Shown here: positions 1 through 9,996 of the stretch, one piece after another
Numbering within the stretch: the stretch's first letter is position 1
Layout: every line of letters starts with the position of its first letter
From: Alphaproteobacteria bacterium
GTDB lineage: Bacteria > Pseudomonadota > Alphaproteobacteria > UBA2966
NCBI GenBank assembly: GCA_963663355.2
Contig: CAXXKS010000005.1
Location: forward strand, 61,033 to 85,032
Length of the DNA: 24,000 nt
Reading direction: 5' to 3'
Translations under genes and position numbers: made by a program
Notes under the pieces: generated by a model
Database searches by the model: none
What the model was told of the DNA's origin: nothing
The model's input: only the letters and a program-made list of their open reading frames with translations

Positions 1-674
1 AGTCCCGCCCGCAGCAAGCCCCGCGCAAAATCGTAACGTTCCTTCGGCGTCCCCTCGGGCAGCAGCGACTTGGGCTGTTCCGGGGTCGGGGACGCGGTTT
101 CCGCGGCGCTCCCCTCCGGAGGCGCACGGCCGACGGGGATCGTTCCCAGCACGCCCGGCTGGCCGGAAGGGCCGGGAACCCGGTGTGCCGCGCCCGCGCC
201 GGACGGAGGCCGCGCCCCGGACTCGCCCTGAACCGCCACGGCCGCCGTCTCGGCAAGGGCGCGTTCGATGGCGGCCAGCCGGAAATCGACGTCCTCGACC
301 AGCTTGTCGAGGCGCCGGCCGGCGGTATCGACCTTGTGCCTGATCTCCTCGATCGCGCCGGTGAGTCCCCGAAGCTTTTCCTCGAGGGCGGTCACGCGCA
401 CCAGCCCGCCGGTGGCCCGCCGTCTATCGGTTCCGACACCCGCGTCCGCCCGGTCCCGCCGGGGCGAAACGGAACCGGGCGCGGCCGGGGCTTCGTCCCG
501 GTACACGTAACGCTGAATATCCGTGAGGTCGCGGCGAAGCCGTTCGATCTCCTCGTTCAGCGCCCTCACTTCGCCGCCTTGGGCCGATACCGGTTCGGAC
601 GGCGCCAAGCCGGCCAGCACCAGAAGGATCAGGCACACCGCCGAGAGGGTTGGACTTGAGCCGGATCTCATCAT
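1..674 (-). CDS. cpoB: Tol-Pal system protein CpoB/YbgF, 5' part only (gene continues past the left window edge)
   Basis: Absent from the ORF track because there is no stop inside the window. Hand translation of the minus strand from ATG at 674 stays open to position 1: MMRSGSSPTLSAVCLILLVLAGLAPSEPVSAQGGEVRALNEEIERLRRDLTDIQRYVY...LEEKLRGLTGAIEEIRHKVDTAGRRLDKLVEDVDFRLAAIERAL...PKERYDFARGLLRAG. It has a signal peptide, a coiled-coil N-domain and the start of a TPR-like region. It lies directly downstream of pal, as expected for cpoB. Confidence 0.8.
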   Translation of the reverse strand, partial: MMRSGSSPTLSAVCLILLVLAGLAPSEPVSAQGGEVRALNEEIERLRRDLTDIQRYVYRDEAPAAPGSVSPRRDRADAGVGTDRRRATGGLVRVTALEEKLRGLTGAIEEIRHKVDTAGRRLDKLVEDVDFRLAAIERALAETAAVAVQGESGARPPSGAGAAHRVPGPSGQPGVLGTIPVGRAPPEGSAAETASPTPEQPKSLLPEGTPKERYDFARGLLRAG

Positions 675-806
675 CGGGGGCTTGGGCTTCGGGGATCGGC
701 TCGCGCGGGCCTCGACCGCGCCGCGCCGCACTCGATGTCATGACAGCGCACGATCTTGTCCAAATCAAGTCAATCGCGCCGAGCGAACGAACCGCGCCAC
801 ATACGG

Positions 807-840
807 AAACCGCCCGGCGGACAGCGGCCGCGGGCGGCTT
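807..840 (-). terminator. Candidate intrinsic terminator or stabilising hairpin after pal
   Basis: Minus strand, ~27 nt after the pal TAG: AAGCCGCCCGCGG-CCGCUGU-CCGCCGGGCGGUUU. This gives about 13 mostly G:C pairs with one bulged C, ending in only three U. The weak U-tract makes efficiency uncertain. Confidence 0.4.
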
Positions 841-867
841 CGAACGCGCGAGGAGGCAAACCGGGCG

Positions 868-1404
868 CTACTTGATCACGGTGACCCCGCGCCGGTTCTG
901 CGCCCACGCTTCCTCGTTGGATCCCGGAACCTCCGGCCGCTCTTTGCCGAAGCTGATGACCTCGACCCGCTCGGCCGAAACTCCGAACGCGACGAGATAG
1001 TCTCGAACGGCGGACGCGCGCCGCTGACCGAGCGCCAGATTGTACTCCCGCGTCCCACGCTCGTCGCAGTGCCCCTCGATCGTGACCGTCACGCTCGGAT
1101 ACCGCATCAGCCACTTGGCTTGAAGGTCGAGGGTGGCCTGCGCCTCGGGCTTCAGATCGTACTTGTCGAAATCGAAGAAGACGCGGTCGCCGACGTTGAC
1201 CACGAAGTCGGCACTGGACCCGGGCTCGGGTCCCGCCGGCCTCGCCGGTTCCACGACCTTCGGAGCCGGCGCACTTTCCACCTTGGGGGGTGGAGGCGGT
1301 GCGGCGGCGCCCGAACCGGACGCCTCGCCGGTCTCTTCCGGGGCCGTCGCGCAAGCGGCAACGAACGAGAGCGCGGCGATTGCTATGAATGCCTTAAGAC
1401 GCAT
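868..1404 (-). CDS. pal: Peptidoglycan-associated lipoprotein Pal
   Basis: Track ORF 868..1476 trimmed to the internal ATG at 1404, which has AAGGAG 6 nt upstream. The product starts MRLKAFIAIAALSFVAAC (lipoprotein signal with lipobox Cys). It ends in an OmpA-like domain (FDFDKYDLKPEA, TIEGHCDERGTREYNLALGQRRA, NRRGV). Position after tolB supports the call. Confidence 0.93.
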   Translation of the reverse strand: MRLKAFIAIAALSFVAACATAPEETGEASGSGAAAPPPPPKVESAPAPKVVEPARPAGPEPGSSADFVVNVGDRVFFDFDKYDLKPEAQATLDLQAKWLMRYPSVTVTIEGHCDERGTREYNLALGQRRASAVRDYLVAFGVSAERVEVISFGKERPEVPGSNEEAWAQNRRGVTVIK

Positions 1405-1559
1405 CGAAAACTCCTTTACGGTGCACCGCGGCGCGCGGGGACCGTAGCAGACATCGGAAAGGTACGGCGTCCGCACGGCGAATGCAGCAACCGCGCTCGG
1501 TCCCTCCTGAAGAGCCCAACAGTCTGTAAATCCGTGGAATTCTTACGATTCCAGCGGCG

Positions 1560-1588
1560 AATATAATAGCATCCCACTATCGAATCAA
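1560..1588 (-). promoter_or_regulatory. Candidate sigma70-type promoter for pal
   Basis: This is the only AT-rich patch in the 172-nt tolB-pal spacer. Minus strand reads TTGATT (1588-1583), 17 nt spacer, TATATT (1565-1560). The -35 overlaps the last tolB codons. Motif match only, no expression data. Confidence 0.3.
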
Positions 1589-2932
1589 GGGGGGCGGACT
1601 CGGCGGCGACCAGGCGGGATCCGACGCCTGCGTCGGCGTCACGATACGCCGCTCGTTGTGGCCCGTGAGATCGACCGAATAGAGCCACGTCTCCCCGCCC
1701 GAGCCGTCGTCCCGCGTGGGCCGCTGCCGAAAGAACATCAGAACCCGGCCGTTCGGGGCCCAAGTGGGTCCCTCGTCGAGAAAGCTTTCCGTCAGCAGGC
1801 GCTCGCCGGTGCCGTCGGGGCGCATCACGCCGATGAAGAAACGTCCGTGGGTGAACTTGGTGAACGCGATGAGGTCGCCGCGCGGCGACCACACCGGCGT
1901 CGCGTAGCGGCCGCCGCCGAAACTGATGCGGCGGATGTCGCGGCCGTCCGCGGCCATCACGTAGAGCTGCTGGCTTCCGCCGCGGTCCGAGTTGAACGTG
2001 ACCCGCGAGCCGTCGGGGGAATAGGAAGGCGACGTGTCGATCGCCTCGTCCCGCGTCAACCGCGCGATCCTCCGGGTTCGCAGATCCATCGTGTAGATGT
2101 CGGAGTTGTCGCCCCGGATGAAGCTCATGACGACCTTGTTGCCGTCGGGCGAGAACCGCGGCGCGAAGGTCATGCCCGGAAAGTCTCCGAGGACTTCCTG
2201 CTGCCCGGTGTCGATGTTGTAGATGAACACCCGCGGCGTGCCCTGCCGGTAGGACAGATACGTGATTTCCTGCGAGGTTGGGGAGAACCGGGGAGTGAGG
2301 ACCAAGTGAACGCCGTCCGTCAGAAAGCGGTTGTGGGCACCGTCCTGGTCCATGATGGCGAGCCGCTTGATCCGCGCGGTCTGCGGACCGGTTTCCGCGA
2401 CGTATACGATCCGCGTATCGAAATAACCGGCTTCTCCCGTCAGCCGCTGGTAGATCGCGTCGCTGATCAGGTGCGCGATCCGGCGCCGGTTTTGAGGAGC
2501 GGTAGAGTACGCCAGCCCGACCATCTGCTGGCCGGCGAACACGTCCCAGAGCCGGAATTCGACGCGCAGCCTGCCGTCCTCCAGCATGCCCGCCGCGCCC
2601 GTCACCAGCGCCTGCGCGTCGATCGCCCGCCAATCCGCGAAACGGGGCCGGACCTTCATCTCCGCTGGCGCCTGGATGAACGCCCCGCGGTCGATGGGCC
2701 GGAACAGGCCCGACCGCTCGAGGTTGCGGGCCACGACGTCCGCGATGTCGCGCGCCGCCTCCCGGCCGCCTGCGTCCTCCGCGTGAAACACGCTGACCGC
2801 GATGGGGAGCGGATCGACCACGCCCCGGGTGATATCGATCTCGAGGACGGCGGACGCCGGGGTCGCCGCGAGGACGACGGCCGCCGCCGCCAAGGGAGCC
2901 GCCGCGCACCTGAGGATCGACGAGACGCGCAT
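1577..2932 (-). CDS. tolB: Tol-Pal system periplasmic beta-propeller protein TolB
   Basis: 451 aa with signal peptide [28 protein letters not shown]. It has a TolB N-domain followed by propeller blades with recurring SPDG-type motifs ([39 protein letters not shown]). It starts 4 nt after the tolA stop. Confidence 0.95.
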   Translation of the reverse strand: MRVSSILRCAAAPLAAAAVVLAATPASAVLEIDITRGVVDPLPIAVSVFHAEDAGGREAARDIADVVARNLERSGLFRPIDRGAFIQAPAEMKVRPRFADWRAIDAQALVTGAAGMLEDGRLRVEFRLWDVFAGQQMVGLAYSTAPQNRRRIAHLISDAIYQRLTGEAGYFDTRIVYVAETGPQTARIKRLAIMDQDGAHNRFLTDGVHLVLTPRFSPTSQEITYLSYRQGTPRVFIYNIDTGQQEVLGDFPGMTFAPRFSPDGNKVVMSFIRGDNSDIYTMDLRTRRIARLTRDEAIDTSPSYSPDGSRVTFNSDRGGSQQLYVMAADGRDIRRISFGGGRYATPVWSPRGDLIAFTKFTHGRFFIGVMRPDGTGERLLTESFLDEGPTWAPNGRVLMFFRQRPTRDDGSGGETWLYSVDLTGHNERRIVTPTQASDPAWSPPSPPPLIR

Positions 2933-2936
2933 GCGG

Positions 2937-3785
2937 CTAACCGAGCATTCTGCTCGGATCGAACGTGAGCTCGATCTCGCGCCATCGGCTGTACTTGGCG
3001 AGGGGCAGCATCTTGAACGGCTGGCATTTCCGAACCGCGCGAACGGCGCTTTCCGCCGCCGCCCGGAAAAACGGATCGCCCGCCAGCCGCCCCTCGTCGA
3101 CGATCCGCGGCGCGTCGCGCAGGGATCCGTCCTGATTGAGAAAGATGCGAATCGTCACGACGAGATCCTCCGCGTAACGCGCCCCCGCCGGAAGGTTCCA
3201 GCAGTCCTCGATCCGCGCTCTGAGAGCATCTACCTCCGACAATGTCAACGGCTGCCCCTCGAGGGGCTGGGCGTCCGGCGACGTGATCTCGGACGGCGCC
3301 TCGGGGGTCTCGGGCGCCGACCGCTCGCGGGGCGTCTTGTCGATCAGCGCCGCGATCCGGTCGGCGTCGAAATCGTACTTCTTCGACGCCGCGCGCTTGG
3401 GCGGTTCGGGCTTCGCCTCCGGGGCCTTCCTGGGTGGCGGCGGCTTGCGCCTGGGCTTGGCGACCTTCTTGGGCGGCTTGGGCTTGGGCATCGTCTCGGG
3501 AACGACGGCCGCGACCTCCGTCTCGGGTTCCGGCGGGGGCGGGGGCGCTTCGACCGGCTTCGGCGGCGCGGGTCTTCGCCGGGGGTTCGGCGGGGGCTTG
3601 TCTTCCTTCGCCGGTTCCGGCTTCGGACGCGCCGCCCTGGTTTCCTCGGAGATCGTCACGAGCTCGACGACGACGGGCTGCTCGGCCAGTGCCGGGTCCG
3701 GACGCCACCACTCGGGCAGGCCCACGAAACCGACCCACAAGGCCGTCGCGTGGATGGCGGCGGATATGAAAATCCCCTTGCGCAA
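2937..3785 (-). CDS. tolA: Cell envelope integrity protein TolA
   Basis: 282 aa. N-terminal TM helix ([20 protein letters not shown]), a long Pro/Lys/Glu/Ala-rich linker ([35 protein letters not shown]...) and a C-terminal TolA/TonB-like globular domain. It sits between tolR and tolB. Confidence 0.88.
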   Translation of the reverse strand: MRKGIFISAAIHATALWVGFVGLPEWWRPDPALAEQPVVVELVTISEETRAARPKPEPAKEDKPPPNPRRRPAPPKPVEAPPPPPEPETEVAAVVPETMPKPKPPKKVAKPRRKPPPPRKAPEAKPEPPKRAASKKYDFDADRIAALIDKTPRERSAPETPEAPSEITSPDAQPLEGQPLTLSEVDALRARIEDCWNLPAGARYAEDLVVTIRIFLNQDGSLRDAPRIVDEGRLAGDPFFRAAAESAVRAVRKCQPFKMLPLAKYSRWREIELTFDPSRMLG

Positions 3786-3791
3786 CGTCCG

Positions 3792-4250
3792 CTACCGCTC
3801 GCGCGCTCCTGAAACGTCGGTTCTCGCCGTGATGAGCGCCACCCGCGAAAAACCGGCCTGGTTGATGGTCCCCATGACTTCCATGACGCGCCCGTAGGGA
3901 ACGCCCCGGTCGCCGCGCACGAATATTCGAATGTCCGGCTTGTTGCCCGAGATGGCGATCAATCTCGGAACGAGGTTGCCGAGCTCGATCGCGGTCTCCT
4001 GAAGGAACAGCCCGCCCTGTCCGTCGATGCTCACGGCGAGGGGTTCGTCCTGCCCCTGAACGACTCCGGCCTTCGTCTTGGGCAGATCGACCTGAACGCC
4101 GACGGTCAGCAGGGGCGCCGTCACCATGAACACCACGAGCAGCACCAGCATGACGTCGACGAACGGCGTGACGTTGATCTCGCTCATCACCTTGAAGTCG
4201 CGCCCCGCGCGAAGGCGCGGCCCGGAACGGCCCCGGATCACGACAGCCAT
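3792..4250 (-). CDS. tolR: Tol-Pal system protein TolR (ExbD/TolR family)
   Basis: Track ORF 3792..4853 trimmed to ATG at 4250: MAVVIRGRSGPRLRAGRDFKVMSEINVTPFVDVMLVLLVVFMVTAPLL... The conserved TM Asp is present (PFVDVML). The ATG overlaps the tolQ TGA (minus-strand TGATG, 4252-4248). The upstream part of the track ORF is tolQ read in a wrong frame. Confidence 0.92.
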   Translation of the reverse strand: MAVVIRGRSGPRLRAGRDFKVMSEINVTPFVDVMLVLLVVFMVTAPLLTVGVQVDLPKTKAGVVQGQDEPLAVSIDGQGGLFLQETAIELGNLVPRLIAISGNKPDIRIFVRGDRGVPYGRVMEVMGTINQAGFSRVALITARTDVSGARER

Positions 4251-4990
4251 CAGCTCGTCCACCCGCGCTCGTCGAGCTGGCGGGACAGGATGGCCAGGAA
4301 TTCGCCGGCAAAACTCTCGAGACGATTCGCGTAGCGCGAAATATCGGTCGAGAACTTGTTGTAGGCGACGACGGCGGGAATGGCCGCGACCAGCCCCAGC
4401 GCCGTGGCGAACAGCGCCTCGGCGATACCGGGAGCGACGACGGCCAGGCTCGTGTTCTTGGTCAGGGCGATGGCCTGAAAGCTGTTCATGATTCCCCAGA
4501 CCGTCCCGAACAATCCGATGAAGGGCGCGGTCGATCCGACCGTCGCGAGAAAGCCCAGATAGCGTTCGAGATTCTCCACCTCCCGGTTCATGGTCAGTTG
4601 CATGACCTGTCCGATCCGATCCCGAATGCCGGCATGGAGCGTCTGTTCGCTCCCGGCGCCTCCTCCGGTGCTGCGCCGCCACTCCCGCATGGCCGCCGCG
4701 AACAGGAAGGCCATGGGATGGTCCGGCCGGCCGCCGATCCGGTCGTAGAGGTCCTCCAGAGAACCTCCCGACCAGAACGACTCCTCGAAACCGTCCGCTT
4801 GCGCCACCAGCCGGCGCAGCCTCAGCATCTTCTCGACGATGATCGCCCAGCACCAGAACGAAGCCAGGATCAACACGACAAGCACGGCCTTGACGACGAC
4901 GTCGGCACGCAGAAACAGGCCGACCAGGGAAAGGTCCTCGGCCCCCACGGAGCCCGCCAGAACGGCTGCGTCTATCGCTTCTTTTTCCAT
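4250..4990 (-). CDS. tolQ: Tol-Pal system protein TolQ (MotA/TolQ/ExbB channel family)
   Basis: 246 aa with family signatures FLATVGSTAPFIGLFGTVWGIMNSF and VAPGIAEALFATALGLVAAIPAVVAYN. It is flanked by ybgC and tolR. Confidence 0.95.
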   Translation of the reverse strand: MEKEAIDAAVLAGSVGAEDLSLVGLFLRADVVVKAVLVVLILASFWCWAIIVEKMLRLRRLVAQADGFEESFWSGGSLEDLYDRIGGRPDHPMAFLFAAAMREWRRSTGGGAGSEQTLHAGIRDRIGQVMQLTMNREVENLERYLGFLATVGSTAPFIGLFGTVWGIMNSFQAIALTKNTSLAVVAPGIAEALFATALGLVAAIPAVVAYNKFSTDISRYANRLESFAGEFLAILSRQLDERGWTS

Positions 4991-5009
4991 ATCCGGTTCG
5001 TCGTGTCGT

Positions 5010-5471
5010 TCAGCTCGGGCGGGAGCAGGTCAGGGCGGCGAGCGCTTCCCTGACGGGCGCGGGCAGGCGCCGCGGCTTCCCGGAGCGGTCGAGGCAAGCG
5101 ACGTTCACGATCGCCTTGACCAGATCCGCGCCGTGCCGCCGGACGATTTGCTCGGCTTGGAGCGAAGCGCCGCGAATGTCGGTGAAACGGGTGTGGACCT
5201 CCAGCTCGTCGTCGAGCCGGGCCGGCGCCAGGTAGTCCACTTCGCAGCGTCGCACGGCGAACATGACGCCGCCGTCCTCGAGCAACGCGCCCTGTTCGAT
5301 ACCGGCGCGGCGCAGCACGTCGGTGCGGGCGCGTTCGACGTATTTCAGATAGTTGGCGTAGTACACGACGCCCGTGCCGTCGGTGTCCTCCCAGTAGACG
5401 CGCAACGGCAGCACGTGCGCGGGACCCCGTGGCCGGGCGCCGCCGGGACGGCCGTCAACCATCTTCGACAT
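5010..5471 (-). CDS. ybgC: Tol-Pal-associated acyl-CoA thioesterase YbgC (4HBT hot-dog fold)
   Basis: 153 aa with [28 protein letters not shown], typical of 4HBT/YbgC thioesterases. It lies between ruvB and tolQ. An alternative ATG exists at 5462. It overlaps the ruvB 3' end. Confidence 0.85.
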   Translation of the reverse strand: MSKMVDGRPGGARPRGPAHVLPLRVYWEDTDGTGVVYYANYLKYVERARTDVLRRAGIEQGALLEDGGVMFAVRRCEVDYLAPARLDDELEVHTRFTDIRGASLQAEQIVRRHGADLVKAIVNVACLDRSGKPRRLPAPVREALAALTCSRPS

Positions 5472-6504
5472 CCTCGTCGGCGACCAGTTCCAGTTGGACC
5501 GAGAACCGCTGCGGCGCCCGCAGGCCGAGGTGTCCGAATCCGGACGCCGTGAGCATGCGCCCGCGCGATGTCCGCTGGGAGAGCCCCTGCTGAATCAGAA
5601 ACGGCTCGATGATCTCCTCGATCGTGTCCCGCGGCTCGCTCAGGGCGGCCGCCAGGGTGTCGACCCCCACCGGACCTCCGCCGTAGTGGTCCGCGATGAG
5701 GGTGAGATAACGGCGGTCGAGGGCGTCGAGGCCCCGGCCGTCCACTTCGAGGCGCCGGAGCGCGCCGTCGGCGACCGCCCGGTCGATGGATGTCACGCCT
5801 TCCACGCTGGCGAAGTCGCGGACCCGCCGCAGGAGGCGCCCGGCCACGCGGGGCGTTCCGCGCGAGCGTTTGGCGATCTCGACCGCCCCGTCGGCGGTGA
5901 TCGCGACGTTCAGAACACGCGCGCCCCGCTCGACGATCTCCCGCAGTTCTTCCAGCGTGTAGAAGCCGAGCCGGGCGTGAATCCCGAAGCGGTCCCGAAG
6001 CGGCGTCGTCAGCAGACCCGAGCGGGTCGTGGCGCCGATCAGCGTGAACGCCGGCATGTCGATGCGCACCGAACGCGCCGCCGGGCCTTCGCCGATGATG
6101 AGATCGAGGTGGAAGTCCTCCATGGCCGGGTAGAGGATCTCCTCGATCGCCGGACTCAGCCTGTGGATCTCGTCGATGAACAGGACATCCCGCGGATCGA
6201 GATTGGTCAGGATCGCGGCGAGGTCTCCCGCCCGGGCGACCACGGGACCCGAGGTTGCCCGAAAGCCAACCCCCAACTCGCGGGCTATGATCTGAGCCAG
6301 GGTCGTCTTGCCGAGGCCCGGCGGCCCCACGAACAGGACATGATCCATCGCGTCGCCCCGGCCGCGCGCGGCGTCGACGAAGACCCGCAGGTTCTCGCGG
6401 ACGGACTTCTGTCCGATGAATTCATCCAGGGCCTTGGGCCGGAGGCTGGGCTCGGCGGCGTCGCCGGACCCGAAATCCGCCGCGATCACACGCTCGCCCG
6501 TCAC
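5455..6504 (-). CDS. ruvB: Holliday junction branch migration helicase RuvB
   Basis: 349 aa with Walker [12 protein letters not shown] and Walker [10 protein letters not shown]. The GTG start overlaps the ruvA stop (minus-strand GTGA, 6504-6501). Confidence 0.96.
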   Translation of the reverse strand: MTGERVIAADFGSGDAAEPSLRPKALDEFIGQKSVRENLRVFVDAARGRGDAMDHVLFVGPPGLGKTTLAQIIARELGVGFRATSGPVVARAGDLAAILTNLDPRDVLFIDEIHRLSPAIEEILYPAMEDFHLDLIIGEGPAARSVRIDMPAFTLIGATTRSGLLTTPLRDRFGIHARLGFYTLEELREIVERGARVLNVAITADGAVEIAKRSRGTPRVAGRLLRRVRDFASVEGVTSIDRAVADGALRRLEVDGRGLDALDRRYLTLIADHYGGGPVGVDTLAAALSEPRDTIEEIIEPFLIQQGLSQRTSRGRMLTASGFGHLGLRAPQRFSVQLELVADEDVEDG

Positions 6505-7112
6505 CGTCCCAGTTCCTTCAGCCCCGCCTTGATCAGCGCTTCGACCGGCGTGCCGTCACCAAGCGCGGACGCGGCGCCGGCAACGGCCGCGAACGCCTCG
6601 GCACGGCCGTAACCCAGATTGACGAGCGCGGAAACCGCGTCGCCGGTTTCGGTGCCCGGCCCTTCGGCCCGCGGCACGACGGCGTCGGACCCATCCACCG
6701 CGACCGCCGACCCCGGGACTTTGTCCTTCAACTCGGCGACGGCCCGGCGCGCGAGCTTCGGTCCCACGCCCGGCGCCTGGGTGAGCGGCACGTGGTCCTG
6801 CGCGGCGACGGCGCGGAACAGGTCCGCCGGGGAAAGCGCCGACAGGACTCCGAGAGCGACCCGGACTCCGATCCCCTGCACGGTCCGCAGCGCCCGGAAC
6901 CAGTCGCGCTCGGACGCCTCGGAGAACCCGAACAGATGGATGTGATCCTCGCGGACGTGCGTTTCGATCTCGAGGGTCACGGAATCGCCGACGCGGGGCA
7001 TGGCGTTCATCGTCCGGCCCGGGCAGAACACCCGGTAGCCGACGCCGCCCACGTCGACGACGACATGGTCCTCTCCCGCCAGGCGCAGGACGCCGTGAAG
7101 CCACGCGATCAT
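6501..7112 (-). CDS. ruvA: Holliday junction DNA-binding protein RuvA
   Basis: Track ORF 6501..7256 trimmed to ATG at 7112: [31 protein letters not shown] (RuvA OB-fold N-terminus). HhH segments are [17 protein letters not shown] and [14 protein letters not shown]. The discarded 48-aa extension is Arg/Pro-rich and overlaps ruvC. Confidence 0.93.
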   Translation of the reverse strand: MIAWLHGVLRLAGEDHVVVDVGGVGYRVFCPGRTMNAMPRVGDSVTLEIETHVREDHIHLFGFSEASERDWFRALRTVQGIGVRVALGVLSALSPADLFRAVAAQDHVPLTQAPGVGPKLARRAVAELKDKVPGSAVAVDGSDAVVPRAEGPGTETGDAVSALVNLGYGRAEAFAAVAGAASALGDGTPVEALIKAGLKELGR

Positions 7113-7113
7113 C

Positions 7114-7671
7114 TCACAAGCCGCCCTCCAGGGCCGGATCGGCCCGCGCCCGGGTCCGGCGCTCCGGCGACCGCTTGCGCGGCGCCGGTGTCCAACGCTG
7201 CCGGGTCGAGCGGTGATGGGCGTGGCAGATCGCCACCGCCAGGGCATCGGCGGCATCGGAGCTGTCGATGACGACGCCGCCCAGCAGGGTCCGCACCATC
7301 ATGCGCATCTGTTGCTTCACGGCGTGACCCACGCCGACGACGGACTTCTTTATGAGGTTCGCCGGATACTCCGCGACAGGCAGTCCGCCCATCGCCGGCG
7401 CCAGCAGGGTCACGCCGCGGGCCTGCCCCAGCTTGAGCGTCGAGACGGGATTGCGGTTGACGAAGGTCTCTTCCACCGCCGCCTCGTCGGGCTCGAACTC
7501 CGCCAGGACGGCGGCGATGCCTTCGAACAACTGGCGCAACCGCTGCGCGAACTCGTCGTCCGACCGCGACGTCACGACGCCGTTCGCCACGTGCCGCAGC
7601 CGATTGCCGGACACGTCGATCACGCCCCAGCCCGAACGCCTCAATCCGGGATCGATTCCGACGATCCTCAT
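7114..7671 (-). CDS. ruvC: Crossover junction endodeoxyribonuclease RuvC
   Basis: 185 aa beginning [19 protein letters not shown] (RNase-H-fold catalytic Asp), with a C-terminal [12 protein letters not shown] motif. The stop lies 1 nt before the ruvA ATG. Confidence 0.95.
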   Translation of the reverse strand: MRIVGIDPGLRRSGWGVIDVSGNRLRHVANGVVTSRSDDEFAQRLRQLFEGIAAVLAEFEPDEAAVEETFVNRNPVSTLKLGQARGVTLLAPAMGGLPVAEYPANLIKKSVVGVGHAVKQQMRMMVRTLLGGVVIDSSDAADALAVAICHAHHRSTRQRWTPAPRKRSPERRTRARADPALEGGL

Positions 7672-7701
7672 CGGGCAACCGTGAACCAGCCGCGCATCCC
7701 G

Positions 7702-8451
7702 TCAGGCGTCCAGCCGATCGAGAACGTCCTTGGGGATGTCGAAATTCGCCGATACCCGCTGAACGTCGTCGTTGTCCTCGAGCGTCTCGAGAAGCTTGAT
7801 CAGTGAACCCGCCTGGGCCTCGTCGACCGGAACCGTCGTTCGGGACTTCCACGTCAAACCCGCGTTCCGCCATGCGCCGAAGCGCCGCTCCAGGGCGTCC
7901 CGGACCTCGTTCAGCTCGTCGGGGCCGCAGTTGATCTCGTGCCCGTCCTCGGTCGTCTCGCACTCGCCCGCACCGGCCTCGATGGCGGCTTCCAGCATTT
8001 CCTCCTCGGACGCCGCGTCCGGCAGGTAGCTGATCGAACCCACGCGATCGAACATGAACGAGACGCTTCCCGTTTCGCCCAGGGTTCCGCCGAACTTGCC
8101 GAAGGCCGAGCGCATGTCGGCCGCCGTGCGATTGCGGTTGTCCGTCAGGGCCTCGACGATGAGGGCCACACCCGCGGGCCCGTACCCCTCGTACCGGACC
8201 TCTTCGTAGTCGGCGCCGTCCTCCCCGCTCGAACCCCTCTTGATCGCCCGCTCGATGTTGTCCTTCGGCATGTTGGCCGCCCGCGCGGCGGCGACGGCCG
8301 CGCGAAGGCGGGGATTCATCTCCGGGTCGGCCATTCCCGTTCGCGCGGCGACCTGGATTTCCCGCGCCAGCTTCGAGAACAGCTTGGACCGCCGGGCGTC
8401 CTGAGCACCCTTGCGGTACATGATGTTCTTGAACTGGGAATGGCCTGCCAT
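7702..8451 (-). CDS. yebC: YebC/PmpR-family DNA-binding transcriptional regulator
   Basis: 249 aa. The hallmark N-terminus [32 protein letters not shown] is present. The conserved position upstream of ruvC supports the call. Confidence 0.92.
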   Translation of the reverse strand: MAGHSQFKNIMYRKGAQDARRSKLFSKLAREIQVAARTGMADPEMNPRLRAAVAAARAANMPKDNIERAIKRGSSGEDGADYEEVRYEGYGPAGVALIVEALTDNRNRTAADMRSAFGKFGGTLGETGSVSFMFDRVGSISYLPDAASEEEMLEAAIEAGAGECETTEDGHEINCGPDELNEVRDALERRFGAWRNAGLTWKSRTTVPVDEAQAGSLIKLLETLEDNDDVQRVSANFDIPKDVLDRLDA

Positions 8452-8553
8452 CGGTTCACGTTCTGTATTTGGTCGTGAGCTTCGGGCCTTATACCAGATA
8501 TTGTGGGACGCGGCAGCATATTGGCCGGCCGGAACGAGGCGGCGACGCTCGGC

Positions 8554-9408
8554 TTAAGCGAGCAATGTGGCGGATTTTTGACCGCTCCGCCCCGGGGACT
8601 CGGGCTCGGCGGGCATGAGGTGCCCGCCCTTGCGGACGGGCGCGACGAACGTGGCGAGCCCGCTCGAGTCGTCGGTTTCGACGTAGACGCCACACAGCGT
8701 CGCGCGGCCCGACGCCGGAGTGAACCGTCCGCCGGGAACCTTGGTCACGAACCTGTTGATCGGCTCTTCCTTCTCCATCCCGATGACCGAGTCGTAGTCG
8801 CCGCACATTCCGAGATCGGTCTGGTAGGCGGTCCCGCCCGGGAGAACGCGGGCGTCCGCCGTCGGCACGTGAGAATGCGTTCCCACGGCCATCGAAGCCC
8901 GTCCGTCGACGTAGTGGCCCATGGCGTTCTTCTCGCTCGTCGCCTCTCCGTGCACGTCGATGACGACGGCATCGGCCTCGCGCCCCAAGGGGAGGGGAGC
9001 GAGTTCCTCGTCGACGCGCGCGAAGGGATCGTCGAGCGGGTCCATGAACACCCGACCCATCACCTGAATGACGGCGACCTTTCGATCTCCCGGCAATCCG
9101 TACAATCCCACGCCGCGGCCGGGCGCGCCCGAAGGGAAGTTGCACGGCCGCAACAGGCGCTCCTCGTTGTCGATGAAGGTGAATATCTCCTTCCGATCCC
9201 AGACGTGATTTCCGGTGGTAATCACGTCCACGCCGGCATCGAAGAACTCGTCGCAGATCTCGCGGGTGATGCCGAAACCGCCAGCCGCGTTCTCCCCGTT
9301 GGCGATCACGAAATCGAGCTTCAACCGCTCCCGCAAGGCCGGAACGTGCTCGCGCACGACTTTCCGTCCTGCGCGGCCGACCACGTCGCCTACGAACAGG
9401 AGCCTCAT
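8554..9408 (-). CDS. YmdB-family metallophosphoesterase (2',3'-cyclic-nucleotide phosphodiesterase-like)
   Basis: Track ORF 8554..9828 trimmed to ATG at 9408. Motifs include MRLLFVGDVVGRAG, ANGENAAGGFG, TTGNHVWD, IDVHGEATSEK and GTHSHVPTAD (calcineurin-like metal-binding motifs in the YmdB arrangement). The ATG overlaps the upstream TGA (ATGA, 9408-9405). Confidence 0.85.
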   Translation of the reverse strand: MRLLFVGDVVGRAGRKVVREHVPALRERLKLDFVIANGENAAGGFGITREICDEFFDAGVDVITTGNHVWDRKEIFTFIDNEERLLRPCNFPSGAPGRGVGLYGLPGDRKVAVIQVMGRVFMDPLDDPFARVDEELAPLPLGREADAVVIDVHGEATSEKNAMGHYVDGRASMAVGTHSHVPTADARVLPGGTAYQTDLGMCGDYDSVIGMEKEEPINRFVTKVPGGRFTPASGRATLCGVYVETDDSSGLATFVAPVRKGGHLMPAEPESPGRSGQKSATLLA

Positions 9409-9983
9409 GCGAATGCCCTCGCGAAAACCTCGGTGACGACCCAGTCCAGGCGCTCGTCCGTTTCGCCGTGCGGAACGGCATCGACCTCCTGCCCGGCATA
9501 AGCGAACCCAACCGCCAGACAGGCCCCCGCGCCACGGCGGAGCGAACGGATCGTGCGGTCGTAGTAGCCGCCTCCGTATCCCAATCTGTACCCGTGCCCG
9601 TCGAAAGCCAGCAGCGGCACGATCAGCACCTCCGGCACGACGACCGGCGCGCCGGGAGCGGGTTCGCTGGTCCCGAACCCGGCCCTCGTCAACGGATCGC
9701 CGGGAGTCCATTCGCGAAATTCCAGGGGACGTTCGCGCCCGGCGATGGCAGGAAGGGCGCAGCGCGCGCCCCGCCGTTTCAGCTCCGTCAGCAACGGCCG
9801 CGGATCCAGTTCGCCCCGGATCGGCCAATAGCCCGACACGGCGCGCGGCCCCGACGCCCCTGTCCGATCGAGGAAATTGTTCGCCGCGAGCTCCGCGGCG
9901 TTCGGCGGCGCGGAGTCGCGCAGTCCCAGGCGCCGGGTCCGGGCAATTCCCCGCAAGGACGCCTTGGCGGATACCTCGTCCAT
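9405..9983 (-). CDS. 5-formyltetrahydrofolate cyclo-ligase
   Basis: Track ORF 9405..10325 trimmed to ATG at 9983 (192 aa). Motifs include YWPIRGELDP and the hallmark PLLAFDGHGYRLGYGGGYYDRT. The discarded extension covers the structured RNA region. Confidence 0.88.
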   Translation of the reverse strand: MDEVSAKASLRGIARTRRLGLRDSAPPNAAELAANNFLDRTGASGPRAVSGYWPIRGELDPRPLLTELKRRGARCALPAIAGRERPLEFREWTPGDPLTRAGFGTSEPAPGAPVVVPEVLIVPLLAFDGHGYRLGYGGGYYDRTIRSLRRGAGACLAVGFAYAGQEVDAVPHGETDERLDWVVTEVFARAFA

Positions 9984-9996
9984 GACATCAAGAATA

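Noticed and set aside
183-768. Track ORFs 183..659 (+), 268..510 (+), 424..768 (-) and 523..1566 (+) at the left edge.
   Set aside because: They are superseded by the hand-translated minus-strand CpoB frame (ATG 674), which has a signal peptide, coiled coil and TPR onset. The listed ORFs are low-complexity shadows.
1405-1476. N-terminal extensions of track ORFs: pal to 1476, ruvA to 7256, tolR to 4853, ymdB-like to 9828, 5-FCL to 10325, efp from 11960, ABC to 18958, DUF1013 from 21800, SDR to 23585.
   Set aside because: In each case an internal start gives the canonical family N-terminus, a better SD, or stop/start coupling with the neighbour. The extensions are Arg/Pro-rich and overlap adjacent genes or structured RNA.
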